Source of the DNA: Terriglobia bacterium
GTDB taxonomy: Bacteria; Acidobacteriota; Terriglobia; JAIQFV01
DNA: 64,000 bases
Direction: 5' to 3'
Assembly (NCBI GenBank): GCA_020072965.1
Contig: JAIQFY010000009.1
Coordinates: 9,649-73,648, forward strand
The position numbers and the translations under genes are program-made. Within the stretch, counting starts at the first letter, position 1. Each line of letters opens with the position of its first letter. The notes below the pieces were generated by a model. The model did no database searches and was not told the origin of the DNA. It saw nothing but the letters and a program-made list of their open reading frames with translations. Below are positions 17,542 through 25,969 of this stretch, piece after piece.

Positions 17542-18342
17542 TTGGTCAACATGTCGAACCAAAGAGACTTCCTGTCAGCCATCGGAGAGCGCGTCCGTAA
17601 ATTGCGTCGCGCGCGCGGGTGGACCCAATCGCAACTGGCGGAGCGAGCCCAGCTTTCTCCCCGTTTTCTGGCCCAACTTGAGGCGGGAGATGGAAACATC
17701 TCCGTACTCCGTTTGGCGCAAGTGGCCGAGGCGTTGCACCAACCCTTGCGCGACCTGATCCCAAGTGTCTCCCTGACCGAAAGAAAGCCGGGCGGTCAAG
17801 TTCGTGGCCGCAAGCAGATCATCGCTTTGATTGGTCTCCGCGGAGCCGGAAAGACCAGTGTGGGCATTCAGTTGGCCGGACGACTCAAGCTGCCCTTCGT
17901 TGAATTGGACTCCCTCATTGAGAAAGCTGCGCTGATGCCACTGGCCCAGATCTTTTCTCTTCATGGAGAAGGCTACTATCGCCGGCTGGAGTATCAAACA
18001 TTGAAAGAGCTATTGCGGAATCCCAAGCCGATCGTACTCGCGACCGGGGGATCGCTCGTGACGGATCCGCGCACGTGGAGCCTCGTCAAGCAATCCTGCA
18101 CCTCGGTCTGGTTGAAGGCCACTCCCGAAGTTTATTGGAACCGCCTTCTCAAGCAAGGTGACACGCGGCCGATGAAGAACAACCCCTCCGCTATGACTGA
18201 GCTTCGTGCTCTGCTGGCGGCCAGGGAACCCCTCTACGGGCAGGCCGATCACATCATCGATACTTCGCGCCTCTCACTTGGTGAGGCTACGGAAGGCGCG
18301 CTTCACGCCCTTGGGATGGATGCGCTCAGTAAGGATGGATAG
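17542..18342 (+). CDS. boxR: BoxR/BzdR-family transcriptional regulator (N-terminal XRE HTH fused to shikimate-kinase-like effector domain)
   Basis: HTH block RKLRRARGWTQSQLAERAQLSPRFLAQLEAG. P-loop GLRGAGKTSVG and a shikimate-kinase fold. Divergent from boxCB. Confidence 0.8.
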   Translation: MVNMSNQRDFLSAIGERVRKLRRARGWTQSQLAERAQLSPRFLAQLEAGDGNISVLRLAQVAEALHQPLRDLIPSVSLTERKPGGQVRGRKQIIALIGLRGAGKTSVGIQLAGRLKLPFVELDSLIEKAALMPLAQIFSLHGEGYYRRLEYQTLKELLRNPKPIVLATGGSLVTDPRTWSLVKQSCTSVWLKATPEVYWNRLLKQGDTRPMKNNPSAMTELRALLAAREPLYGQADHIIDTSRLSLGEATEGALHALGMDALSKDG

Positions 18343-18575
18343 GGCGGGTGGACGGGGTGACGCACACATCGCGTTTTGTGTGATGTGTGCGAGTCATTAG
18401 ATTGAATGCAGTTCCGTCGTGGGTTCAGAAAGATGTCTCTGGAGATTCAAAGGAAACTGGTATAAGGAAATGAGTTGGTTCAGGAATGAAGGGCTTATGA
18501 CAAATGTTTCCCACAGAAGAAGGACCGCACACATGCCAAGAACGCCTATGTGCGCCACCCGGCCGATCCTACCGA
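18343..18575. repeat. copy A of a duplicated ~230-bp non-coding element (begins with hairpin CGCACACATCGCG..GATGTGTGCG and contains GATGTCTCTGGAGATTCAAAG)
   Basis: Aligns block-wise with 58075-58300. Shared hairpin, a shared 21-mer, and a shared ...CGCACACAYGC.AAGAAC.C.T.TGCGCCACCC segment. No conserved ORF between the copies. Confidence 0.5.
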
Positions 18576-18907
18576 CAAGCTGAGATGATATAACATGTTA
18601 TCGATGTGATTTCCCACACTCTTTTTGAGCTTCTTGTTATCTATTGCATCAATGGATTTCTTCGCAGGGAATGCAGGTTATTCTCCAACAACAGGCTTGG
18701 ACAGCAGTGGGGTGTATCTTATCGACTGGAATCCTCGAGACAAGCTCGGCGAGATGGCACGCGGAAAGGGAATCCATGACTCTGTTTGCCACATAGACCT
18801 GCTGAATGTGACAACCAAAACATGAGGGGTCAGGCACCACCATTCGACAATTGCGATAAAAAGAGAACGTAAGCTCGCTTGCTTCTCCCCTAAGAATTTG
18901 CTGAGTT

Positions 18908-19259
18908 GTCGAATGTCGGTGCCTGACCCGAATGGCGCTTAGACCCGAATGGCGCTTAGTTAAGAAATTGAGATGGAGATTGATCCGCTTCCCTGAAGGG
19001 GAAGTCTTCAATAGCCCAGGGTTGGCCGCCTTGCGGCCTACCCTGGGTGGGGATCGCCCGAAGAGAAGAAGGAACCCTGAAGGGGTTCCTTCCCCACGAG
19101 GATCTGGGTTCGATCCAGCCAAAATATGATCAAAGACTCCTCCGGCCCCCCCTGCGCGGTGACTGGGACTGTCATAAACCTGTTCTCTGGGATGGGGCTA
19201 GATCCGTTTTACCATTCTCTTAACTTAGCGCCATTCGGAGTCAGGCGCCGACATTCGAT
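18908..19259. mobile_element. MITE-like ~350-bp element with ~35-bp terminal inverted repeats and a highly structured interior
   Basis: Left end GTCGAATGTCGGTGCCTGACCCGAATGGCGCTTAG, followed by a duplicated ACCCGAATGGCGCTTAG. Right end CTAAGCGCCATTCGGAGTCAGGCGCCGACATTCGAT, its reverse complement. Interior hairpins: CTTCCCtgaaGGGGAAG, CCCAGGGT...ACCCTGGG, GGAACCCtgaaGGGGTTCC. Solo copies of the terminal-repeat core lie at 18826-18848 and 19949-19971. Confidence 0.45.
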
Positions 19260-19717
19260 TTTCCTGATGCAGCGTTCAATATTTCTTGAAGCTCCTCGAC
19301 GAGGGGATGGCGGGTAAACCCGTGAAAAAACCGAAAAGGCGGCATGAACACCACTTTCGTTCCGAACTCGGTGGGCCGTCGGAATCGGAGCCACATGAGC
19401 TCCGGGTTTACCAATAGACTCCCCGAGACCCGCTCAACGTCGCGGAGCGGCACCTCGATCTCGGTCTCGAAGTTGGAGATCAATAAAACGTCCCCACGAA
19501 GGCGAACTCGTTTGAGCCGCATGCAGGACCAGTAGAATAAAACGGTGCCGAAAACGGTCACGGCCAGGAAGACCCATCCAAGTTCTCGAAAATCTCTTAC
19601 TCCCCAGGAATTGGGCGCGATTATCATACTTAGCGAGATGGCGGCAAAACCACCGATCCATAGCGCTGGGAGTGCGAACTTGTAAAACCAAGTCCATTTA
19701 GACGAAAGGTCTCGCAT
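19241..19717 (-). CDS. hypothetical membrane protein
   Basis: 158-aa ORF with two or three hydrophobic helices (FYKFALPALWIGGFAAISLSMII and WVFLAVTVFGTVLFYW). Its 3' end overlaps the right end of the MITE-like element, so coding status is uncertain. Confidence 0.4.
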   Translation of the reverse strand: MRDLSSKWTWFYKFALPALWIGGFAAISLSMIIAPNSWGVRDFRELGWVFLAVTVFGTVLFYWSCMRLKRVRLRGDVLLISNFETEIEVPLRDVERVSGSLLVNPELMWLRFRRPTEFGTKVVFMPPFRFFHGFTRHPLVEELQEILNAASGKSNVGA

Positions 19718-19998
19718 AGTCTTCTTGTCGCCGACTAACTAATACAGGGAAAGATGAATTCTTTTCGGGTCAGATAACGACCTTAAATGATCCAACAAAT
19801 TTTTGATTGCCCCTTCAGGGCAAACCACGAATGAATGATGATCATCCCTCCCAGGGCGGCGCCCTGGGCTTTTGAAGGCCGCCCTTTCAGGGCAGGCGAA
19901 TAGGTATTGGCATCTCTGACACGGACAAGATCCGATAAAACATGGGGGGGCAGGCACCGACATTCCACGACTTCAGTCGTGCCTGCTCGGAACACCCC

Positions 19999-20031
19999 CC
20001 TCTTTCCCGGGCTTAAGCCCGGGAAAGAGGA
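19999..20031. repeat. perfect palindromic hairpin CCTCTTTCCCGGGCttaaGCCCGGGAAAGAGG
   Basis: Read from sequence. Lies in a repeat-rich intergenic zone next to hairpins sharing a CGACT-N3-AGTCG core. Confidence 0.4.
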
Positions 20032-20096
20032 AAATCCAAGAAGCCAGATTCGCCATCCTCGGCACGACTAAAGTCGTGCACTACCACCCGATCCCC

Positions 20097-20324
20097 TCAC
20101 TCTTCCGGCCAGATCTGTTCCCCCGTTTCGGCATCAATAATCGTGATGGCATCGGTAGGACAGGACCGGGCAGCTTCGATGATGGTGTCGTCGTCATTGC
20201 CCTCCGGATTCGTGACGATCGCCTTCGACCGCTCGTCCAGGGCAAAGGTTTCCGGCGCGGTTTCAATGCAATTGCCGGCCGCAATGCACTTGGGGCGATT
20301 GATGATGATGTTTAGCTGGGTCAT
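20097..20324 (-). CDS. small single-cluster ferredoxin
   Basis: 75 aa with the cysteine pattern CIAAGNC...CP typical of [3Fe-4S]/[4Fe-4S] ferredoxins of the P450-partner type. Confidence 0.75.
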   Translation of the reverse strand: MTQLNIIINRPKCIAAGNCIETAPETFALDERSKAIVTNPEGNDDDTIIEAARSCPTDAITIIDAETGEQIWPEE

Positions 20325-20422
20325 GGGTGAGTGAATAGTTTGGCCGATTCGTTTCCGCGGGCTTCACTTGGGCCCTGAGCGTCGTTCTACAACGTAACGA
20401 CTGAAGTCGTTACTACGGGATC

Positions 20423-22273
20423 TTACTCTGCGGCGAGCGCACGATCCACCACCGGGAGGGCGGGAGGACGCGGAAACAAAACGACCTTCCATTTTCGAAG
20501 AGAATCCACCAGGACAATGACTAGCGCGGTCATCATGATCGCGGTCAGGATGGCATCCAGCCAGCCCTGGAAGGCGGTGGCCGGATCCCGAGTAAGCGGA
20601 ATGAAGTTGCCGGTGATCGACAGCCATCCGGCGGTCATTGTCGTGGTGGCCACAAACGCCAGCGGCAGGAGGGTGACCCAAGCATACTTCGCGCGCTTGG
20701 AATTAATGATCACGGTCGTCCCGACGCACAGGGCAATCGATGCCAGCAATTGATTCGAAATCCCAAACATGGGCCAGATCGTGGAAATGGACCCGGTCAA
20801 AATAAAATAGGCCCAGGAAAAAACGATTACCGTTGTGGCGAGAATACTTCCCGGGATCCAGTCCGTTCGGCCCATCGGTTTCCATGCCTTGCCCAGCAGT
20901 TCCTGAAGGATGAATCGTCCCACGCGCGTGCCGGCATCGATCGTCGTCAGGATGAACAGGGCCTCAAACACAATGGCAAAGTGATACCAATAGGACATCA
21001 GATTTCGCAATCCGGGGATCGCGGTGAAGATCTGTGCCATGCCCACGGCGAGCGACACCGCCCCGCCCGTTCGGCCGGCAACTTTTTCTCCCACTTCGGC
21101 CTCCAGAAGGGGCAGGTTCTTCGGAACCAACTGGTCGGCAATGTCCGGGTTGGCCGCCCGAACCGCCGCCATCTTCTGCACCGGGACGTTGATGGTGTAA
21201 TAGTCTCCCGGGTACATGGAATTTGCTGCGACCAGGCACACGATCCCGACGATTCCCTCCACCAGCATGGCCCCGTATCCTATGGGACGGATGTGCGATT
21301 CCTTGGAAATCATTTTGGGCGTCGTGCCCGAACCAATCAAGGCATGAAAGCCAGAGATGGCCCCGCAGGCGATCGTGATAAAGACGAACGGGTACACCTT
21401 ACCGGGGATGATCGGACCTCCCCCATGGATAAATTTGGTGAGCGCCGCCATTTTCAAATCGGGATGAGCGATCATCACCCCCAGGATGAGCGCCACGACC
21501 ACTCCAATCTTCATGTACGAGCTAAGATAGTCGCGCGGGGAAAGCAACAGCCAGACCGGCAGCACGGAGGCGATAAAGCCATAGGCCGCCAATAACAGGG
21601 TGATCTGAGGCTGATTAAAAGAGAAGTAGCGTTCCAGCGCTGAGCCCGGGATCCATCGTCCCACAATCAAAGCGGCGAGTGTGAGCGTGACGCCGAAGAG
21701 GGTGGCCGGCACAACCCGCGGTTTCTTCCCCCGAAACATCCACAGGCCCATAACAATGGCGATCGGGATCGTCATGGCAATTGTGAATGTACCCCAGGAG
21801 CTTTCCCGAAGCGCATTGACGACCGCAAGTCCGACGCCTGCCATGGCAATCACCACTATCATCAGAATGGCAATTGCCGCCGTGTAACCCGAAAGGGAGG
21901 AAATCTCACCGCGCGCAATCTCCGCCAAGGACTTGCCGTCGCGGCGAACCGAGGCATACAGGATAATGATGTCGTGCACGGCGCCGCCCAGCACCACCCC
22001 GAACACCAGCCACAGCAACCCGGGAAGGTACCCGAATTGCGCCGCAAGCACCGGGCCGATCAGCGGACCCGGCCCGGCAATGGCGGCAAAGTGATGTCCG
22101 AACAGAACCCATTTGGGGGTGGGGAAATAGTTCTGTCCATCGTAGAATCGGAATGCCGGCGTCTGGCGCAAATCATCCAGCACCGCCACTTTCGTCACTA
22201 TAAACAAGGAGTAATACCGGTAGCCAATGGCGATCACGGCAAGGGCGCCAAGAATAATGGGCAGCGCATTCAT
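20423..22273 (-). CDS. cstA: carbon starvation protein A (CstA-family peptide/pyruvate transporter)
   Basis: 616 aa, polytopic. N-terminal block [66 protein letters not shown] is diagnostic of CstA. Confidence 0.9.
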   Translation of the reverse strand: MNALPIILGALAVIAIGYRYYSLFIVTKVAVLDDLRQTPAFRFYDGQNYFPTPKWVLFGHHFAAIAGPGPLIGPVLAAQFGYLPGLLWLVFGVVLGGAVHDIIILYASVRRDGKSLAEIARGEISSLSGYTAAIAILMIVVIAMAGVGLAVVNALRESSWGTFTIAMTIPIAIVMGLWMFRGKKPRVVPATLFGVTLTLAALIVGRWIPGSALERYFSFNQPQITLLLAAYGFIASVLPVWLLLSPRDYLSSYMKIGVVVALILGVMIAHPDLKMAALTKFIHGGGPIIPGKVYPFVFITIACGAISGFHALIGSGTTPKMISKESHIRPIGYGAMLVEGIVGIVCLVAANSMYPGDYYTINVPVQKMAAVRAANPDIADQLVPKNLPLLEAEVGEKVAGRTGGAVSLAVGMAQIFTAIPGLRNLMSYWYHFAIVFEALFILTTIDAGTRVGRFILQELLGKAWKPMGRTDWIPGSILATTVIVFSWAYFILTGSISTIWPMFGISNQLLASIALCVGTTVIINSKRAKYAWVTLLPLAFVATTTMTAGWLSITGNFIPLTRDPATAFQGWLDAILTAIMMTALVIVLVDSLRKWKVVLFPRPPALPVVDRALAAE

Positions 22274-22336
22274 GGAAACTCAGAGGAAAGGATTAATGAG
22301 CTGGGAACGCGATGAAGGCGCTCGATTCAGAGGGTC

Positions 22337-23185
22337 TCATCCTAAGCCGTCTTCGTCGGAGGCTCCACGAGCTTCGAACCCCGCCTCGCCCTTCCGCACA
22401 AACGATTCCAGACGGTCAAGAAAATCCGGCGATGAGAAGCATTCAAATTGAGCTTCCAGTTCCCGATCGAGCGCCTCTCGAAACGCCTCTTCAGAATAAC
22501 GTATCAGCGATTGTTTCATCAGCTTCAGGGAGAGTGCCGCGCGAGAGGCAACGATCTTTGAAAGCGAGACCGCAGCCGCGGGCAGTCCTTCCGCCGGGAC
22601 GACCCGACTGACCAAGCCAATCCGGTAGGCTTCCATCGCCGTGATCGTCTCCGCCGTAAAGAGCAATTCCCGGGCCTTCGATTCACCCACCAGCCGTGGC
22701 AAGAGGAATGAGGCGCCAAAGTCCGCATGGACCCCGACCTTGGCAAAGGCCTGGGTAAAAGTGGCGGATTCACTCGCAATACGGATGTCGCAGGCCATGG
22801 CGATGGATGCGCCGCCTCCGGCGGCGGGCCCGTTCACCGCGGCGATGACCGGCACGGGCAACTGTCTTAGAAACGTCACAACGCGACGGCCTCCTTCGAG
22901 AAGCCGATGGAACTCCTCCACTCGATTGTCTCGACGTAACGCCACCAGATAATCAAGGTCAGCTCCGGCGCAAAAACCGCGACCCGACCCCGTCAGCAGG
23001 ACACACCGAAGGGTCTTTTCCTCGTGCGAGAAAGAAGCGAGCGCCTCCCCCAGCGACTGAATCATCTCCGTATCGAAGGCATTCAACTTCGAAGGTCGAT
23101 TCAGGGTGATCGTGGCAACATGATCATGTTTTGCAATCAGGATTGAAGTTGCCTGCATTGGAACCATCTCCCACACCGCTCCCAC
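22337..23185 (-). CDS. enoyl-CoA hydratase/isomerase family protein
   Basis: Crotonase fold: GRGFCAGADL oxyanion-hole motif and AAVNGPAAGGGASIAMACD. Likely start at the internal MQATSIL. Confidence 0.8.
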   Translation of the reverse strand: MGAVWEMVPMQATSILIAKHDHVATITLNRPSKLNAFDTEMIQSLGEALASFSHEEKTLRCVLLTGSGRGFCAGADLDYLVALRRDNRVEEFHRLLEGGRRVVTFLRQLPVPVIAAVNGPAAGGGASIAMACDIRIASESATFTQAFAKVGVHADFGASFLLPRLVGESKARELLFTAETITAMEAYRIGLVSRVVPAEGLPAAAVSLSKIVASRAALSLKLMKQSLIRYSEEAFREALDRELEAQFECFSSPDFLDRLESFVRKGEAGFEARGASDEDGLG

Positions 23186-23374
23186 AGCTCATGACCGACC
23201 CGTCGACAGGTCCCATCCTCGAGTCATTGATGCAGACATCACAGAATGCAGGGAAAGCATAATTTCATCAGGATCAAACCTGTCCGCTGGTCCCCTTGGG
23301 CATCCGCTGTCAGATGTCCATTCCACGATCTAGCAACCTCCTGACTCACATCTCGATGACGGACGGATGGAGGC

Positions 23375-23707
23375 TCAAGGGGTCGGCGTCTCTTCCTCTT
23401 CAGGGATGCCCAACTGCTTCTTCGCCTCAGGGGACATCATTCGCGGGTGCCAGGGTGGTTCCCACACCACTTCGACGACGCAGTCTTTAACGCCATCGAC
23501 CGAAGTGAGAATCCGCATCCTCGCGTCTTCACTCATCATGACGTGAGAGGGGCATCCCGGCCCGGTGAGCGTCATCTTGACGTGGATTTTCCCTTCTTCG
23601 TTGTTGACATCGACGTCGTAGATGAGGCCCATGTCCACAATATTAATCGGGATCTCCGGGTCGTAGCAGTTTTTGAGTACCTCCATTACCCTTTCCTTAG
23701 TGATCAT
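23375..23707 (-). CDS. DUF59 (MIP18/PaaD-like) Fe-S cluster assembly domain protein
   Basis: Start chosen at MITKERVMEVL with a GAGGAG ribosome-binding site 6 nt upstream; the ORF track extends to 23821. Conserved YDPEIPINIVDMGLIYDVDV...GPGCP block. Confidence 0.75.
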   Translation of the reverse strand: MITKERVMEVLKNCYDPEIPINIVDMGLIYDVDVNNEEGKIHVKMTLTGPGCPSHVMMSEDARMRILTSVDGVKDCVVEVVWEPPWHPRMMSPEAKKQLGIPEEEETPTP

Positions 23708-23828
23708 AGATTTCTCCTCATTTCTTTCCCCGCAAGGGCGTACAGCCCGAACCGGCGGACGTCCTCGCAGAAAAATTCCTACACTTGAAAATTGCCCGGA
23801 TTCGACCCATCTGCGCCCCATGAGAGCA

Positions 23829-24644
23829 CTATTTCCCCGTGAATACCGGTTTCCTCTTCTCGATGTAGGCGCTCAATCCTTCCCGCGAATCCTCGCTCTC
23901 AAACAACTCCTGCTGCATCTCACGTTCCAAGGCGAGCCCTTCGTGAAAACCCACCTCCAGTCCTGAGATGATGCTGCGCTTGATGCGGCCCACAGCCATT
24001 GCCGCCTTATGTGGCGGACAGAAATCCCGGGCATATTGCTTCACATCATCCCAGAAATTCTCCTTCTCGAACACTTCGCTCACTAATCCAAGTCGTTTCG
24101 CCTCCTCGAAAGTGATGAGCTTTCCGGAGGCCATCAGCTCCAGAGCCCGGGTCCGGCCCAATACACGGGCGAGTCGTTGGGTCCCACCGGTCCCAGGCAG
24201 GACACCCAGCGAAACCTCAGGAAATCCCAGCTTGCCGGCGCCTTTGGACGCCAGTCGAAGGTCGGCAGCGAGGGCCACCTCCAACCCGCCCCCCACGCAG
24301 TGGCCGTTCAGCGCTGCAATAACTAGTTTGGGGGTTTGCTCCAGCCGGTTGAGGGTTTCATTGGCATGCAGACAGAAGTAATATTTATAAGTGGATGTCA
24401 TCTTGGAGAGCAAGTCGATATTGGCTCCAGCACAGAAGAACTTTTCCCCGGCTCCACGTAACACGATCACGTGGACGGCATCGTCCATCCGGGCCTCGAG
24501 GATCGCGGCGTCGAGCTGTTGCATCAAGGCATAAGAGTAAGTGTTTGCAGGCGGATCATTCAGTTCGATCACTGCAATGGCGTCTTCCAGACGATAATCC
24601 ACTAATCTGTTTTCCATTTCGACGGTTCCTGTTCCAGCACGCAA
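23829..24644 (-). CDS. enoyl-CoA hydratase/isomerase family protein
   Basis: Crotonase motifs GEKFFCAGANI and ALNGHCVGGGLEVALAAD. Confidence 0.8.
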   Translation of the reverse strand: MRAGTGTVEMENRLVDYRLEDAIAVIELNDPPANTYSYALMQQLDAAILEARMDDAVHVIVLRGAGEKFFCAGANIDLLSKMTSTYKYYFCLHANETLNRLEQTPKLVIAALNGHCVGGGLEVALAADLRLASKGAGKLGFPEVSLGVLPGTGGTQRLARVLGRTRALELMASGKLITFEEAKRLGLVSEVFEKENFWDDVKQYARDFCPPHKAAMAVGRIKRSIISGLEVGFHEGLALEREMQQELFESEDSREGLSAYIEKRKPVFTGK

Positions 24645-24847
24645 GTCAGGCGCATTGAGACCGGTTGGTAGCTTCGGAAAAAGAGATTAGACATCGCGGC
24701 ACCGAATCTGTCAAGGCGAGCGGGATCCCCTTCATAATGAAAGCTAACGGCCGCACACCGCCTGCTTATGAACCGCTTCCGGGAATTGTGCGCGCCATAA
24801 AGGGTAACCCGGCCCGATGGGAATAACAAAATATCCTGGGCCTCAAC

Positions 24848-24876
24848 TTGACAACCGGACCTCCCGATTTTACTTT
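24848..24876 (+). promoter_or_regulatory. sigma-70-like promoter TTGACA-N17-TACTTT upstream of hsp20
   Basis: Hexamers read from sequence, with correct spacing to the CIRCE element and the hsp20 ribosome-binding site. Confidence 0.4.
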
Positions 24877-24887
24877 TTGAATTGAAC

Positions 24888-24914
24888 ACAGCACTCCACT
24901 CGTTGGAGGGCTAG
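24888..24914 (+). promoter_or_regulatory. CIRCE-like HrcA operator (ACAGCACTC-N9-GAGGGCTAG)
   Basis: Matches the TTAGCACTC-N9-GAGTGCTAA consensus at 14 of 18 positions. Placed between the promoter and the hsp20 start. Confidence 0.5.
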
Positions 24915-24946
24915 AATTAAACGTTAGATTTTTTGGAGGTGGAACT

Positions 24947-25444
24947 ATGCTAATTCGATGGGCAGATCCTTTTCGCGACCTGCAGTTGTTTCAGGATCGC
25001 ATGAATCGTTTGTTTGACGAGGCGTATTCCGGGACGTCCCGACGAACGCTCGGTCAAGAGGGGCTTTCTTCATCGTGGTCCCCTGCGGTGGACATTTACG
25101 AAACCAACGAACAACTCTCTTTTGCGGTCGAAGTGCCGGGTTTCAAGCAGGAAGACCTCTCCATTTCAGTTGAGAATGGTGTGTTGACCATTCAGGGGGA
25201 GCGAAAATTCGAGGAGAAGAAGGACGAAAAGAATTATCACAGGCTGGAACGGGCCTACGGTCATTTCGTGCGCACCTTCACCCTTCCCGGCAACTTAAAC
25301 CCTGAGGCGATCAATGCCTCTTTGAATGACGGCGTTCTCAGCATCAATATTGCCAAGCGGGAGGAAGCCAAGCCGAAGACCATCCAGATCGGCGTCGGAG
25401 GCCCCAAGCAAATCCCCTTAAAGGCAGCGGCAGCCAAAGGATGA
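24947..25444 (+). CDS. Hsp20/alpha-crystallin-family small heat-shock protein
   Basis: GGAGGTGG ribosome-binding site. Alpha-crystallin domain block GVLTIQGERK...AYGHFVRTFTLPGNLNPEAINASLNDGVLSINIAK. Confidence 0.9.
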   Translation: MLIRWADPFRDLQLFQDRMNRLFDEAYSGTSRRTLGQEGLSSSWSPAVDIYETNEQLSFAVEVPGFKQEDLSISVENGVLTIQGERKFEEKKDEKNYHRLERAYGHFVRTFTLPGNLNPEAINASLNDGVLSINIAKREEAKPKTIQIGVGGPKQIPLKAAAAKG

Positions 25445-25486
25445 TATCGGAAAGACACGCCTGAGAAAGGCACTGTCGTAAAATTC

Positions 25487-25533
25487 AAAAGGCACTCCAC
25501 ATTGGCACCAGCAGACGTGGAGTGCCTTTTCTC
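25487..25533 (+). terminator. rho-independent terminator of hsp20
   Basis: AAAAGGCACTCCACattggcaccagcagacGTGGAGTGCCTTTTCTC: a GC-rich stem followed by a U-tract. Confidence 0.6.
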
Positions 25534-25969
25534 ATTAGGATGGATTTTGCAATTAAGAGAGTAAACAAAGCATCCCGCAGCGAGCGGGATACCTGTCCGC
25601 CCTCACGGGGATGGTTTGGAATTTCGGTTGAAGAATTCAAAAAATAGTGGCTGGCTTAGACCTGATTTCCGAATTTGCCAGCCATTCTCTTGTTCAGTTC
25701 GTTTGCATGGGGAAAGGTTGAAGTGATTCTGCCTTGGCACAAAGGGTGATGCCGCCCGCCAAGGCGGGCTGCGTGGTTGAAGGCTGGTGCCCTCCTGGGG
25801 CTCGCGCCCCAGGCTATTTCATTTCGCCGCTGTGCGGCTTTAAGTATGGATCCAACTCCGGAACGCGGGTTGAAATCCGAACACGCTTCGAACCCTTGAC
25901 TTCTCACCCTATGCCAATAATTAGCTGTCCCCCGTTGACGTGGTCTATACCTTGGCGCCGATTCCATTC

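Noticed and set aside
18625-19122. 66-aa (+) and 157-aa (-) ORFs in the 18.6-19.1 kb gap
   Set aside because: They span the MITE-like element and its inverted repeats. No motif or ribosome-binding site. Probably non-coding.
19095-19125. tRNA-like T-arm motif CTGGGTTCGATCCAG inside the MITE-like element
   Set aside because: No complementary acceptor stem ~65-75 nt upstream. No anticodon or D-arm geometry and no CCA context. Better explained as one of several hairpins in the element.
20750-21595. 281-aa plus-strand ORF
   Set aside because: Antisense to cstA. Arg/His/Gly-rich low-complexity translation.
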